Part shown: positions 1-13,889 of the stretch, in pieces
Numbering within the stretch: position 1 is the stretch's first letter
Layout: the number at the start of each line of letters is the position of its first letter
Assembly: GCA_012295275.1 (NCBI GenBank)
Contig: CM022665.1
Coordinates: 25,296,001 to 25,360,000 of the forward strand
Length of the DNA stretch: 64,000 nucleotides
From: Chrysomallon squamiferum
Taxonomy: Eukaryota; Animalia; Mollusca
Reading direction: 5' to 3'
Made by a program: the position numbers and the translations under genes
The notes under the pieces: generated by a model
The model's input: only the letters and a program-made list of their open reading frames with translations
Database searches by the model: none
Told to the model about the DNA's origin: nothing

Positions 1-2484
1 AGCATCAGCAGCATCAGCAGTAGCACTAACATCGTTATACCAGTACTACTAGCATCAGCAGTAGCACTAACATCGTTATACCAGTACTACTAGCATCAGC
101 AGTAGCACTAACATCGTTATACCAGTACTACTAGCATCAGCAGTAGCACTAACATCGTTATACCAGTACTACTAGCATCAGCAGTAGCACTAACATCGTT
201 ATACCAGTACTACTAGCATCAGCAGTAGCACTAACATCGTTATACCAGTACTACTAGCATCAGCAGTAGCACTAACATCGTTATACCAGTACTACTAGCA
301 TCAGCAGTAGCACTAACATCGTTATACCAGTACTACTAGCATCAGCAGTAGCACTAACATCGTTATACCAGTACTACTAGCATCAGCAGTAGCACTAACA
401 TCGTTATACCCAGTAGCTAGCACCAACACAGCATCAGCAGTAGCACTAACATCGTTATACCCAGTACTACTACCAGCATCAGCAGTAGCACTAACATCGT
501 TATACCAGTACTACTAGCATCAGCAGTAGCACTAACTACTACTAGCATCGTTATACCAGTACCACTACTACTAGCAGCATCAGCAGTAGCACTAACATCG
601 TTATACCAGTACTACTAGCATCAGCAGTAGCACTAACATCGTTATACCAGTACTACTAGCATCAGCAGTAGCACTAACATAGTTATATACCAGTACTACT
701 AGCATCAGCAGTAGCACTAACATAGTTATATACCAGTACTACTAGCATCAGCAGTAGCACTAACATCGTTATACCAGTACTACTAGCATCAGCAGTAGCA
801 CTAACATCGTTATACCAGTACTACTAGCATCGTAGCACCAACAGTTATAGTAGCACTAAGCATAGTTATCGTTATACCAGTACTACTAGCATCAGCAGTA
901 GCACTAAACGTTATACCAGTACTACTTATATACCAGTACTACTAGCATCAGCAGTAGCACTAACATGGTTATACCAGTACTATAGCCAGTAGCACTAACT
1001 ACCAGCATCAGCAGTAGCACTAACATCGTTATACCAGTACTATCGTTATACCAGTACTACCAGCATCAGCAGTAGCACTAACATCGTTATACCAGTACTA
1101 CTAGCATCAGCAGTAGCACTAACATGGTACTACTAGCATCAGCAGTAGCACTAACATCGTTATACCAGTACTACTAGCATCAGCAGTAGCACTAACATAG
1201 TTATACCAGTACTACTAGCATCAGCAGTAGCACTAACATAGTTATATACCAGTACTACTAGCATCAGCAGTAGCACTAACATCGTTATACCAGTACTACT
1301 AGCATCAGCAGTAGCACTAACATCGTTATACCAGTACTACTAGCATCAGCAGTAGCACTAACATCGTTATACCAGTACTACTAGCATCAGCAGTAGCACT
1401 AACATCGTTATACCAGTACTACCAGCATCAGCTAGCACTAACATGGTTAGCATCAGCATCAGCAGTAGCACTAAACATCGTTATATAGCACTAACCGTTA
1501 TACCAGTACTACTAGCATCAGCAGTAGCACTAACATCGTTATATACCAGTACTACTAGCATCAGCAGTAGCACTAACATCGTTATATACCAGTACTACTA
1601 GCATCAGCAGTAGCACTAACATCGTTATATACCAGTACTACTAGCATCAGCAGTAGCACTAACATAGTTATATACCAGTACTACTAGCATCAGCAGTAGC
1701 ACTAACATAGTTATATACCAGTACTACTAGCATCAGCAGTAGCACTAACATAGTTATATACCAGTACTACTAGCATCAGCAGTAGCACTAACATAGTTAT
1801 ATACCAGTACTACTAGCATCAGCAGTAGCACTAACATAGTTTATACCAGTACTACTAGCATACCAGTACTACCAGCATCAGCAGTAGCACTAAACATACC
1901 AGTAGCATATACCAGTAGTACTGGCACTAGCATCAGCAGTAGCACTAACATCGTTATACCAGTACTACTAGCATCAGCAGTAGCACTAACATCGTTATAC
2001 CAGTACTACTAGCATCAGCAGTAGCACTAACATCGTTATACCAGTACTACTAGCATCAGCAGTAGCACTAACATAGTTATACCAGTACTACTAGCATCAG
2101 CAGTAGCACTAACATAGTTTATACCAGTACTACTAGCATCAGCATCGTTATGCCAGCACTAACATAGTTATATACCAGTACTACTAGCATCAGCAGTAGC
2201 ACTAACATAGTTATACCAGTACTACTAGCATCAGCAGTAGCACTAACATCGTTATACCAGTACTACTAGCATCAGCAGTAGCACTAACATAGTTATACCA
2301 GTACTACTAGCATCCAGTAACATCGTTATACCTAGCATCAGCAGTAGCACTAACATCGTTATACCAGTACTACTAGCATCAGCAGTAGCACTAACATAGT
2401 TATACCAGTACTACTAGCATCAGCAGTAGCACTAACATCGTTATACCAGTACTACTAGCATCAGCAGTAGCACTAACATAGTTA
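1..2484. repeat. 41-bp minisatellite/satellite array (~60 copies; continues beyond the left edge)
   Basis: Unit AGCATCAGCAGTAGCACTAACATCGTTATACCAGTACTACT recurs at 51, 92, 133 etc. Variants include CATAGTT and TTATATACC (43 bp), and there are some scrambled patches. Confidence 0.97.
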
Positions 2485-3064
2485 TTTATTTTTAATAACA
2501 TCTACGTCAAGTTAGTTGTAATAGTAATAGTAGTTGTTGTTGTTATGGTACTAGTATTGTAGCTGTTGTTGGTGGTGGTGGTGGTGTTGTAACAGTAGTT
2601 GTTGTTCTCGACGTGGGTGTAATGGTATTTCTTAACAATAACGGAAGTAACAGTTGTGTGGTAGTAGTAGTAGCTGCAGCAGCATTTATATGATTACATT
2701 TCTTTGTTAGAAGTAATGACCTGGTAATTCGTCCTTTATCACGTACTCGGTTTCCTCGATAAAAAAAAAAAAAAAAAATCATAATTTCACTTGAAAACAT
2801 CCAGATCTTGTATCCCGTGAGAAAGCAAACACAAGTTCGCTGAATTCACAAGCTAAGAGAAAGAAACAAAATTCAGATATATCGTTATTTTGCTGTCTAG
2901 AAAACAGAAAAGCAACTCTCTGTTCATATTAATAGGTCGATTAAGAGAATACCACTGCGCGGATATTCACTTGGGAATTTCACAAAGCGAGTCAAATAGC
3001 TGAAACTGCATGGATGAAGCCAAGATATCAGATAGTAATTTTCAGATAGACAAATTAAAACATT

Positions 3065-3099
<35 letters not shown>

Positions 3100-6000
3100 A
3101 TTTTTTTATATTTTATGTTTTGTTTTTAGGTAAAACATTTGAAAGAAAAAGAAAGAAAAGAGTAATTTTCTTCAAGTAAAGTGAATTGCAGTGGAAATAA
3201 TGACAGCAAGCATTAGGTAGTAAGTTATTTTGTCAAACTGTACTGGCGCGAAGGGAATAACAAGGTTTTCGGGTTGACGTTTAACCTATTCATGTGAATT
3301 TTTACGTGAGCAAAAGCTCCAAGGAAATCGGCTTCCATCACCTCATCAATAAAGTCTGATATTTAGCCACCGATAATAACACCTCAAAGTTAATACATTC
3401 AGTGAATACAGAAGAAGTGTTAGAGGTTTGTATCTGCTGTCAGGCTCTGCGAATGTTTGTATGTCTGACGAGAGACGCTTCTCTGTTCGTTTATCTATGT
3501 ACAAAAAGATGTCAGAGACCGACATCAGCCAGTAAAATTATACCTAATATGTAAGGTTTGTAAAGTAACTAAGGAAAGATTTCTTTCTAAAGGATTAATA
3601 GTATTTCAGTTTCATGACCCAGCCAGTGCATAAATATATACTTTTTTTTTAAAGAATTGTCAGATTTTCGATAACAGATATAAAAAAAAAATCAGTCGAT
3701 ATTTTCGAGCGAAACAGTATTTGTTCGGGTGATTTTGTTTTTATTTAATTATTTATTTATTGCTTTTTGGAATCATTTTCTGTTTTATCTTTTTTTAGAA
3801 ATGTTTATTGTTTTATTATTTTCAGCTGTTAAATATTTTGTTTAATTGAACTTTATTACTATTAAAAAGTCCAGAACATTTCGGCCAACTTGAGAATATC
3901 TGTATAGACTATTACACAGTCATTCAAGAAACCACCAATTTCAGAAACAGCGCAAGCTTAAAATCCTGTGTAATCAAAATCTCACTGAGTGATAACACTG
4001 TATAGATATAACAGACGACTAAACCGACTCAGAAGACTATTACAGAGATAAATGTCTTCTGAAATTACCCTGACCGGCTCCAAACCAGGATTTGTCTTTG
4101 GACGATTGACAAAAACTAAAAGTACTAGCAGACTTTCTTTAGAAACGGGACTTGTCAAAATCTCATGATGGGTAGTAAATCAATGGATATTTCTGTACGG
4201 AGTACAACTGACATGTCATCCATCGGGACGTCTTGCTAAACTAACAATGTCATTGTTATTTTCTATTCCCGTTATTCAAATTACACATTAGGACTTTGTG
4301 TAAAACTCTGTATAATGATAGCAGATTCGAATAGATGTAAAGACTTAAGGAAAAATTTGTAGCCTGCAATATAATATTAGCAGATTCTGTTAAAATGTAA
4401 GGATAAAAGGTTAAACAAAAAAAAAAAAAAAAAAAAAGATAATGATAAACTGAATAATTCACCCTTACTGAAATTTCCACCTGATGTCATCAACTGATAT
4501 AAGTATTAGTTAATGATGCAGCAATTGTTATTGCTTCGCATTTTAATGTTAAATGCAGTTTGTATCTGATTAATCTACTGTTTTCCAGTTTCAAAAAGTT
4601 TTTTCTTTGTAGTCTTCCCAACTGATCCATGCAGAGGACGCTCTGAGAGTATCTTTTTTCACAATACGTTGATTAGCGCTAACTGCTGTTTTTCCAGAAA
4701 CAAGTTCTTTGTTGATCCACTCTCGGGGTTACCTTTGATTACTCATCCATTTGAGCTAAACATACACTGGTCATGATATGTGATATATTTTTAATTTGAA
4801 ACGACACATTAAATCAAGACTTTTATTGTTTGTGAAAATAAAATTAAATCAATATTATGCAGGAACTGGAGGATTTGAAAAACTAGAAGCTTTATTTTGT
4901 TTTAGCGAAGATATATATATATGGGCGTGTTTACGAGATAATTTTATTTTCCTTTTCAACACAGTACGTATGTGACAGATAAAAAAAAAAAATGCATAGT
5001 AAATTGTAAACAGTGTATAGAATATTCCAAGTTTCAAATAATTCCTATATTCTCCTGAATTATATTATCCCATATCGTTCTAATTCTTATTTTTATTCAT
5101 TTATTCATTAATTCTTTCAGTTTCAGTATAACGGACGCTGACAAGATATTTACAAAACAATAATTTTTGTTATATCTGAAAATTATACACGGTATTTATA
5201 AAATAATACTTTTTCTTGTACCACAAATGCATGCATACGTTACATTTCAGGAATTTAACAAAGAATTTAAATGAAAAAATTCCTGTTTATCATACGAGAA
5301 AGATGTGCTTAAAAAAAAAAAAAAAATTTAAAAAAATTTAAAAACCTTTGAAAAAAAATGTTTGAGACGTTTAAAAAAAATAACAAAAAAACAAAACAAT
5401 TAAGAGATAAATAAATAAACCCTAAGAGGCTGGAATGTTAAAACAAAAATAAAACAAATTTCAAACACAAAAGGTGACTTATATTTAATTTTCATTATAC
5501 TCTTAAGAAAAGTCATTAGTAAGGATAAAGATATTATTATTATAATTACTATTATAGTTATTGTTGTTATTGTTTTTGATGTAGTTGTTGTTGTTTTTTT
5601 TTTTTTTTTTTAATTAATCCCCTGAAATTTGTGTAATACGTACATTACAAGAGAAAAGACGAAACTGTTAATTTATGAAACTCTAAAAAAGGAGAGCTCC
5701 CTCACGCTGAACGTGTGGTTAAATACGAGAGAAATAATTAGTCATTTGAAAATGTTAAACTAATTAACATTTAAAACAATGATCCCAGATGTTTCTGAAA
5801 AGGTTGCGTTATAGCTCTTCTATTTTTGAAATTCACACTGGAACAACAAAAAAAAAAAACCGCGCCCCAGGATACATCAACAACCGCTGATGTAATTTGT
5901 AAATATCATTCTTGTAACGACATTAACATGTACAGGCTCCTAAGATGTTAACGTTTCCTGCAGTTTTGACGCGTAAAGCTTGTTTAAAGGCATTTTGCAT

Positions 6001-6124
6001 TTGCTAACTTTCCAGTTAACGCTAAATCAAAATATAACTTTAAAATATGTAATGAAATGTTAATTTGTGTTAGTGTTGATATAGGATCATCATGATGGTA
6101 TGATACATGAACCATGCTGTTGCG

Positions 6125-6338
6125 ATATATCAACCACGATGATTAAGAATGAATGGACATTGCGTATCGCCACTTGGAAAACAGACGAAGTAAAACAATC
6201 TATGGATCAGCAAGACGATGAAGGGATGAACTAGATGAGTACTGGAAAGAAATGAAACATCTGGCAGAGGATAGCGCATGATAGAAAGATACTGGGAAAT
6301 TCGCCTAACAGAGGGACGCTAAGGCTGAGTACCGATGA
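6125..6338 (+). mobile_element. Degenerate 3' end of an RTE-clade LINE (5'-truncated, with stop and frameshifts)
   Basis: Piecewise translation gives EWTLRIATWKTDEVKQS / SARR*RDELDEYWK / IWQRIAHDRKI. This matches the RTE ORF C-terminal pattern (RWT..ITTW.P...R..GRP..RWRDELD.YW....WQR.AQDR..W) as I recall it; no search was run. Confidence 0.7.
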
Positions 6339-6935
6339 GCAAGAAACTCAGAGGTCACGCAGTTTATAATATTTTGAAAATCAAGCTCTGGATACCAGAT
6401 GTGGCTTCCATCGCAAGAATCTACTGCTATGGAATATGACGATTATCATCTGGCCGTCTGTTAGTCCAGATATCAGTCTGATGAGACAAAAGCTGTCTCA
6501 GTGGCTAATCAACAGAAAATGGCTTAAGTTTTGTAAAAGAAACGAGATGAAAGAGTAAAGTGTTATATCTATGGAAACGACAATTTAAAACTAAGTTAGT
6601 CTGGGAACGACCAATACCAAAATCATCGACAGTATTTCAAGCATTTAAATTTCCTTTTTCTGATTTTTCAATAACGTCGATTCTTTGTAAGGTATGCTTG
6701 TAAATAAAAAGAACAGCCCATGTTATTCCGCTGAAGCAATCTTTAAATTTTTTTTCTTCTGTAAATTCTTTATGGAGAATGTGCAAAAAATATAATTAAA
6801 TAATGTTTTCTTTACGTGTTGTGTTGGGTCGAAGCGTAGGAAACAAAAAAAAAAAAACAGAAATGGAAATGTCAACTACCTGCAAATAAACTATCCATCC
6901 TTCGAGAGAAAACCTTTCTCTGAACATTTGCAACT

Positions 6936-7096
6936 AAATTTAAATATTAACATTTATAAACAGAACTGTATAATAGCAGACTCTGTATTATTTATTTATT
7001 ATGTTTCTCTTTGATTTTGTATTCATTCACTTACACATTCACAAATAAATTTAAATTCTAAATATTTATAAACAGAACAGAACAATAATAGACTCA
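6936..7096. repeat. Short direct duplication (~50-bp core, ~112-bp spacing)
   Basis: AAATTTAAAT..ATTTATAAACAGAAC..AATA..AGACTC occurs at ~6937 and ~7048. Confidence 0.7.
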
Positions 7097-7225
7097 TTTT
7101 TGTTTATTGTTTTTTGCTTTCGTCTCTGTGGGAGGAGAGAGGCTGTTTATTGCTGTTGGTGTAATTTTTGTTTTTTCTTTTACTGTTTATCATTTTTGTT
7201 TTATTTTTTGTTTTATTATTATTAT

Positions 7226-7259
<34 letters not shown>

Positions 7260-8204
7260 TTCTGTAATCGATATTTTCTTGGACATAGTAAAACATTCAC
7301 TTTTTCATTTATTCAGTATAAAACCAATAACAACAACAACAGCAATAATAATGTTAATACTAATAATCGTTATTTTTTTTTTTAATGAATAGACGTTTCT
7401 AAATACTAGTATTATTTTCAAATACTCATACAAATATTTATACAATGATACGTTATACTCATACAAACATTCAAACAATGGTACATTACATTCACACGAA
7501 AATATTTCATGTGTTAGAAGTCAGTGTATTGGTCTTTTATTGTGGATTTTGTTCCATATGTTTTACATTGAATTTTTCATATTGAGTTCCCATGGACTGT
7601 TGTTATTTTCACAAAGTTACGCTATACCTGCTGTACGTTACTATATAACAGGTTTATTGAAAGTTAATTGATATTCACTTTCAGCAAAGGTTAGTGCTCG
7701 CAAATCCGATTAATTCCAGGACGTCACCAGATAATCCAAATTAATCAAAATGTTGTTGTCAGTCTTTTTCAAGCTAATTCCAAACGGAAACGATGAACGC
7801 AACGAGATTTTGTTTCAAACTGCAACTTCAGTGAAATGAATATTTATAAAAATGAATTTAATTGTTTTGTTTTTTTTCTTAACATTAAATACTTTGAATC
7901 AGACGAAAGTTTTTAATTTCTCTCTGCAATTCAAAAAATTGAACGTACATGCGTATACGCACGCATAGATACATACCTACATATATATGCACACACATAC
8001 ACACGTACACACATACATTAATGCATACTTAAATAAAGATATATATATACATCACGCACAAACGCACATTTACAAACACATGAACGCGCGCGTTTATCAT
8101 TAACCGATATTTCAGCGGTATCTCTGTATTTAATATAACAAATGAAAAGTGAGGTTTTTGACAACGCTCTTTGGTGTGTTATTCCGAAGCTTTTCGCTGG
8201 TTTC

Positions 8205-8310
8205 ACACGTTAGTTAAGTATTCGCGACTGGTAATCGAAGTGACAGAACGTTTATATGACATCTCCTTGGGGGACACTTCCTCAAAGTGTACCAGCTTCC
8301 ATCCATAAAT
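8205..8310 (+). mobile_element. Possible old tRNA-derived CORE-type SINE remnant
   Basis: A tRNA-like head (TAGTTAAG..GACTGGTAATCGAAG) is followed by TCCTTGGGGGACACTT..CAAAGTGTACCAGC, similar to the CORE-domain TCCTTGGGCAAG.CACTT motif. Highly diverged. Confidence 0.3.
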
Positions 8311-8495
8311 CGACGTCGGAACAACCACTGTACAAGTCAGAGTTGACGAGGATTCAACCCCGCGAGTAACATATATCACAAATTACAAGGAAAGAAATGA
8401 CACACATTTAGAGCACCAGCTCTACGTGAGAATCATACAGTTATTAAAGACGTTACGCTTTGACAAGATCCTTTGGATCTTTGGATACGCTTGAT

Positions 8496-8691
8496 GTATG
8501 ACGAAATGAGAACTAAAACTCCAGCATTATGTAATTATCTAAGAAATCAGCTGTGTGATGAAATGGGAAATAAAACTCTAGAACTGTATAATTATCTAAG
8601 AAATTAGTCGTATGATGAAATGGGAAATAAAAACTCTAGAATTGTATAATTATCTAAGAAACTAGCTGTGAGATGAAATGAAAACTAAAAC
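8496..8691. repeat. 57-bp tandem repeat, ~3.4 copies
   Basis: GAAATG anchors at 8503, 8560, 8617 and 8675. Unit ~TGATGAAATGGGAAATAAAACTCTAGAACTGTATAATTATCTAAGAAATTAGTCGTA. Confidence 0.9.
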
Positions 8692-9016
8692 AGATCCGGC
8701 TAATTAAGTTTGATGATATTTTTCTTTTTCTTGTTCCCATTGCTATCAATGATCTACGATAATCTTATGTATATCAAAGATCAAAGAATATGATGGACTC
8801 TCGGGGAATCATCAGTGAAGGCTGCAATTTCAATGTCTGTTTTGTCTTCTTCTTTTTCTATTACTTTTGTTAAAACAAGGATTTTTTTATATTTGTTGTT
8901 TTGTCTACTGAATTTCTTCGTTACTAAATTTCAGTTACATTGGCATACGTCTTACTCTGAACTTCAGCTTTGTTTCAAAACAAATTTATGAAATTAATTT
9001 TTGCACATTATAGTCC

Positions 9017-9060
<44 letters not shown>

Positions 9061-9297
9061 ATCATTATCATCACCATATATTATTATTGTTGTTGTTGTT
9101 GTGCTGTTGTGGCTGTGGTTGTTATTGCTCTTGTCAACATTATTAAAGTGAATTCTGTAACATACATAGTAAACTTAGATTTTTATTTATTATTATTTTT
9201 ATTTTTACTTTTTTACCATATGGAAGCTAATTAGAAAGAGAAATAAGTAATTTAATATACCTAACTGATCTAGCTTTAGGTTGACATGTGATCTTCG

Positions 9298-9850
9298 GTT
9301 ATCAGTTGAACGATCGCTCAGTATCGAAATTCATGTTTCTCTAACTATGTATTATTGTCAACAGTTATAAAATTATCAGCTGAACGATATTTTTAAAATC
9401 GTTATTTAACATTTTCTAATTGCGTATTGTTTTCATCAGTTATTAAAATGTTATCAACTGAATGATACATTCAATACCGATATTAAACATTGTTTTATGA
9501 CTTAATAAAATTATCAAATGAACGATTGTTTCATTATCGATAATTAATATTCTGTAACGATGTATTATTTTCATAACTTAATAAAATTTCAGTATCGGTA
9601 TTTATTTTAAAATTATCAGTTGGACGATACTTTTATAATCGATACTTCATATTCTCCAACAAAGTATTATTTTGATCAGCTATTAAAATTATCGGTTGAA
9701 CGATATTATCAAAATCGATATTTAACACATTCTCTACCTACATATAATTTTTTATCAGTAATTAAAATTATCACGTGAACGATACTTTCAATGTCGGTAT
9801 TTAACTTTGTCTAACTACGTATTATTTTCATCAGTCATTAAAATTCAGCG
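9298..9850. repeat. Degenerate ~76-bp tandem array, ~7 copies
   Basis: TGAACGAT-like anchors at 9307, 9381, 9459, 9519, 9621, 9697 and 9776, each followed by ATCGATATTTAACATT..GTATTATTTT..TCAG.TATTAAAATTATCA. Confidence 0.88.
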
Positions 9851-11566
9851 AAGCTTGAGGTTCTCTGCTCGTGAATTGTTTCTGATAACAGATCAAAATA
9901 TCGAAGGCTGGTCATTGTTTGGCGTCAATCGATTAGCCCACTGTGTATGTTGTAGTCAATTAACCAACAGTAAATTCTCATATTGTATAAATATTGAAAG
10001 ATATTTAGCTTCAGGTCATATTTGGTTTCCAGAATGAAGTAATTAGTAAACGAGTTTCAGCCACATGCATTCTGTTGAATTCTCATGATTAACAAATAAG
10101 AAATGAAAACGTATGTATATGTGTGTATGTATGTATGTATGTATCTATGTATGTAATAGTGTATGTGTGCATGTGTGCGTGTATGTATGTATGTGTGTAT
10201 GTGTGTAGGTGTATGTATGTACGTACGTATGTATGTATGTATGTATGTAGACATTCATTACATTCGTCTTCAACATTTATCTATATAAAATACACAATCG
10301 AATGTCCTAATTTATTACAGTCATAGAACAAATATCCATACAGATAATAATGGATCTTGTCAACAGTTTCTTTCTTTTCATTTTCTGTAATTTATTTTGT
10401 TTATAAAATGAAATAAAATACACTGATATATGAAAAATACAGCATACAGTAATAAAAGATTACTAATCTTAAAATGCGTATCTGTACTATAAGGACAAAA
10501 TAAATATTCGTGTTGCATCAACAGTTAATATATTAAATTAAAAAAATAAGCATTAATGCGTCATTTAGATTTATTACATTTATACGATAGTGAAATACAT
10601 TTGACATAATTCTTTTTTGAATATGTTTGTAATGATTGTATTATTATACTGTTCTTTTGTTGTAATTACCATTGTTCTTGTTAAATGTTGTTGTTGTTGT
10701 TGTTATTGTTGTTCTTGTGTCGTTGTTGGTAGTGGTGGCGGTGTTATTATTACAATTATTTTACTTTTATCGTGGCGTGAACATTATCGAGTGCCTGGTT
10801 GGAACGAGATTAAGGGATGACAAATGCTATATGAAAATCGAAGGAATAATCCTGATAAATCAACCGATTCGATCTTCAGGGACGGTGCCAGTGAACAGTG
10901 CATTAAGTGTGGAAACTGTATTATAAAACGTAAAAGCTTTTATCAAAGGCTTGTTCTTCATTCCGCTGACACATTGCAGAACACATCTAGATTGATGTTC
11001 TGCTGCTTGCATGTTCATAGAAACTCTCATCCAAAATGAGTGTGTCTTATTCACGGAATTACCTTTGCTTTTACGGTGATTCGCGAATTCTCCGGAGGGA
11101 ATTCTCTGTATTTCACAAAACTTTGTTTTCCATCAGTTGGACGGCTGCGTCGAGCGCCTGCTTCAGCTACAAATTCATCGTTGGGTTTTTTTGTGGTTTT
11201 TTGCGAATTGTTTTGAAATTCACGATCACATTGTGTTACGCCTATGGCAAAATCAGTATGTATATAAGCAAAATGTAATATCCTATTTTGGACAAACAAA
11301 TTCCCTTGACAGATCCAATGGCTTACGTTTTGAAATTACAATTCTAATTTATGCAGTTCCACGTAATAGTATGCTCGACTTACCACAATTTTATTTCACA
11401 TTGTCTGAATATAAGCATTCAAAATAAATGAAGATTATCCACTGAACTGCTATTTTCTATCATCAGTTTATATTTATATAACCTTATTGAATATTATACA
11501 TGCACGAACACTGTCTGTGTAAATATCTGCCTGCACGTTGCCTGCACAGTCTGCCTGTATCTGCAG

Positions 11567-11567
<1 letters not shown>

Positions 11568-11635
<68 letters not shown>
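11568..11635. repeat. (TTA)n microsatellite
   Basis: Perfect TTA run. Similar runs occur at ~9020, 16590, 19230, 22860, 32822, 37995, 38190-38310 and 44945. Confidence 0.95.
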
Positions 11636-12969
11636 TCGTTGATTTATGTCTCTGTCAAAATCGAAAGCACAACCATATTTTTTCATTAAAGATTCATTAG
11701 ATAAGTTTGATATATGTCATACATCATATTCTGTCCCTCCTGGGGTATTTCTATGTTCTGTGTTCGGTTTCCACCTTATTAATATATCTACGTAATATCA
11801 TATACTTCGGTACACAGATACTCGCTTTTGGTTGCCTAGAGCGATAAAGGATTTCGCTGTATATGGGAACGTAATCATAATGGCGGATATAACTCTCAGA
11901 GCAATGGGTTTAATTAGAGAAAAAAAAATGGATACACAAACCAAAAATAAGATAACACTCTTCGGTAGCCCTTTCTAAATGCATGATAGTACATCAAAAA
12001 CAGTATATCAAATTTTCTTCTATGAGAATATATTTTAAAGATAAAATGAAGATTAATGTTAAATTAAAATAATATTTTATTTATGATCATTATCAGTCCA
12101 AAAAGATTAAATCTACTCATTGAGCTACGCCTGTGATTATAAACATTTTTGTTGTGGTTTTTTGTTTTGTTTAGAATATTTTTAGTATTTCTATACAGTA
12201 CAATAAGCTGGCACGGAAATTAGTAAAAGGATCGAAAATAACCTACAAGCTACTATGCTTCAAGATACTTGTAACAGGGTTGTTTCGTTCTACGTTAGTT
12301 TCTCTATAACCAAATCCCATGTTTACCATTTCGTAGTATTTCCATACTAAAAATCTGTCCCATTTTCCTACAAGAAAACCATAACGAGTAATTATATATT
12401 TTCACTTTTCATTAATCTGCCGGGCATCGCTTTTATCAAAGGCTATACGTTCCCGTTATCATCCTCCAGTGATTTGCAATTGTCAAATATTCCAAGGTGT
12501 TGCTATGGATACGCACATAATTATTAAGACAATTATCCCCATATGGTGCTCAATGGATTGAAAAATTGGATAAAAGCATTGTTCCATAATTATACGCGGT
12601 GCTAGCGACTTCGACGATGGCTGCGGCCTGTCAGGAAGACGAAGTTGTTGGTGCCGTGTTCACGTCAGGGCAGGAATGTTGACGACTGAACAGGTTCCGT
12701 GTTGTTGTTTTTCAACAAGCAGAATAACGCACTCATTTATACTCTTTATCCATACATGGAAAACTGGATTCTAATACACACAATATATTAATATTTATAT
12801 TTATTATGCAGATGTGGTACCGGTATATATCGACGAAAGTTATCAAGTAGGACACAAAACAATTAGCCTAATGAAATGCTAATTAAATAATGCATCTAAC
12901 CTTGGCATGCTATGTATATACTTGATGTCTGATCATTTGATGAATTTGAAATAACAGAACAATTACTAT

Positions 12970-13170
12970 TAACAATAATAATAATAATAATAATAATAGC
13001 GGTGATAATAGTAGTAGTAGCAGTAGTAATATTAGTAGTCGTAGTAATAACAGTAATAGCAGCAGCTGTAGTAGCAGTAATAGTTGTAGCGGTAGTAACA
13101 GCGGTGTTAATACTGTAGATGTTGTAATAGTAATAGTTGCTGTTGTTTTTGTTGTTGTTGTAGAAGAAGA
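12970..13170. repeat. Compound (AAT)/(AGT)/(AGC)/(GTT) trinucleotide low-complexity tract
   Basis: Direct reading. It produces the poly-L/poly-T stretch of ORF 12910..13410. Confidence 0.85.
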
Positions 13171-13889
13171 TCGTAAAAATAAACTAACAACACAATGATT
13201 ATAAATCTGTGCTAATTTTCTTCCTTTACTAATAAGGATAATGATGTTGATGATGACTGCGACGGTAATGAAAAGATTATATTTAGCACACGGTAACGTC
13301 AACAGACATGAATCTGTACTACTTTCGTGTTTACTTATATCTTCAATCAGGTTTTCTAAGAAACCGTCTCGTAAAGAGTGGATTTTGCGCAGATAACAAG
13401 AATACTTCACCGCGAAGAACGTAAGTACTTGAAGTATACTTCGATTTCCGCTTGCTGTAATTTTAATTGATTTCCTTCGGTAGCCTAACTTTAATAAGGT
13501 AATTTGTGCAATAATTTTTCAAAACTGTGTCCTCGAAGTTTTTCTTATGTAGTATTGGGGTTGACGTACCGAGTATGATGTTTACCAGATCATCAATGTG
13601 ACTATTATGTCTTGGTTTGCAACTGGTCAGGATTGTGGTTATCAGATAAATATATATTTTTTTTTTTGTCCCTGCCAGAAGCGATCGTCCAACACAGACG
13701 TAAGACAGAATTAAAGAAAATTTTAATGACGAATCTTGCACGATGGACACATGGGAACGTTGTATTTCAAAGACAGAAAATAACACATTGCTCGAAATTA
13801 AAAAATAAATAGTGAAAAATACAATTTAATTATCGATATAGATAGTTATTTCCAATTAAGAACTAAATAACAATGATTATTTGTATTGT

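Noticed and set aside
1-2484. Telomeric or centromeric identity of the 41-bp array
   Set aside because: No TTAGGG-type repeats are present, and array extent and genomic abundance cannot be judged from this window.
2953-3000. Minus-strand micro-exon candidate (YLTRFVKFPSEYPRS)
   Set aside because: Weak donor (GTATTC), too short to assess, and no recognisable homology.
12910-13410. Longest ORF (166 aa) with a hydrophobic poly-Leu stretch
   Set aside because: It is kept open by a trinucleotide low-complexity tract, starts at GTG and resembles no known protein.
13351-13420. Plus-strand exon candidate CAG|GTTTTC...GAAC|GTAAGT
   Set aside because: The single open frame (FLRNRLVKSGFCADNKNTSPRR) is unrecognisable, no partner exons were found, and such site pairs occur by chance.
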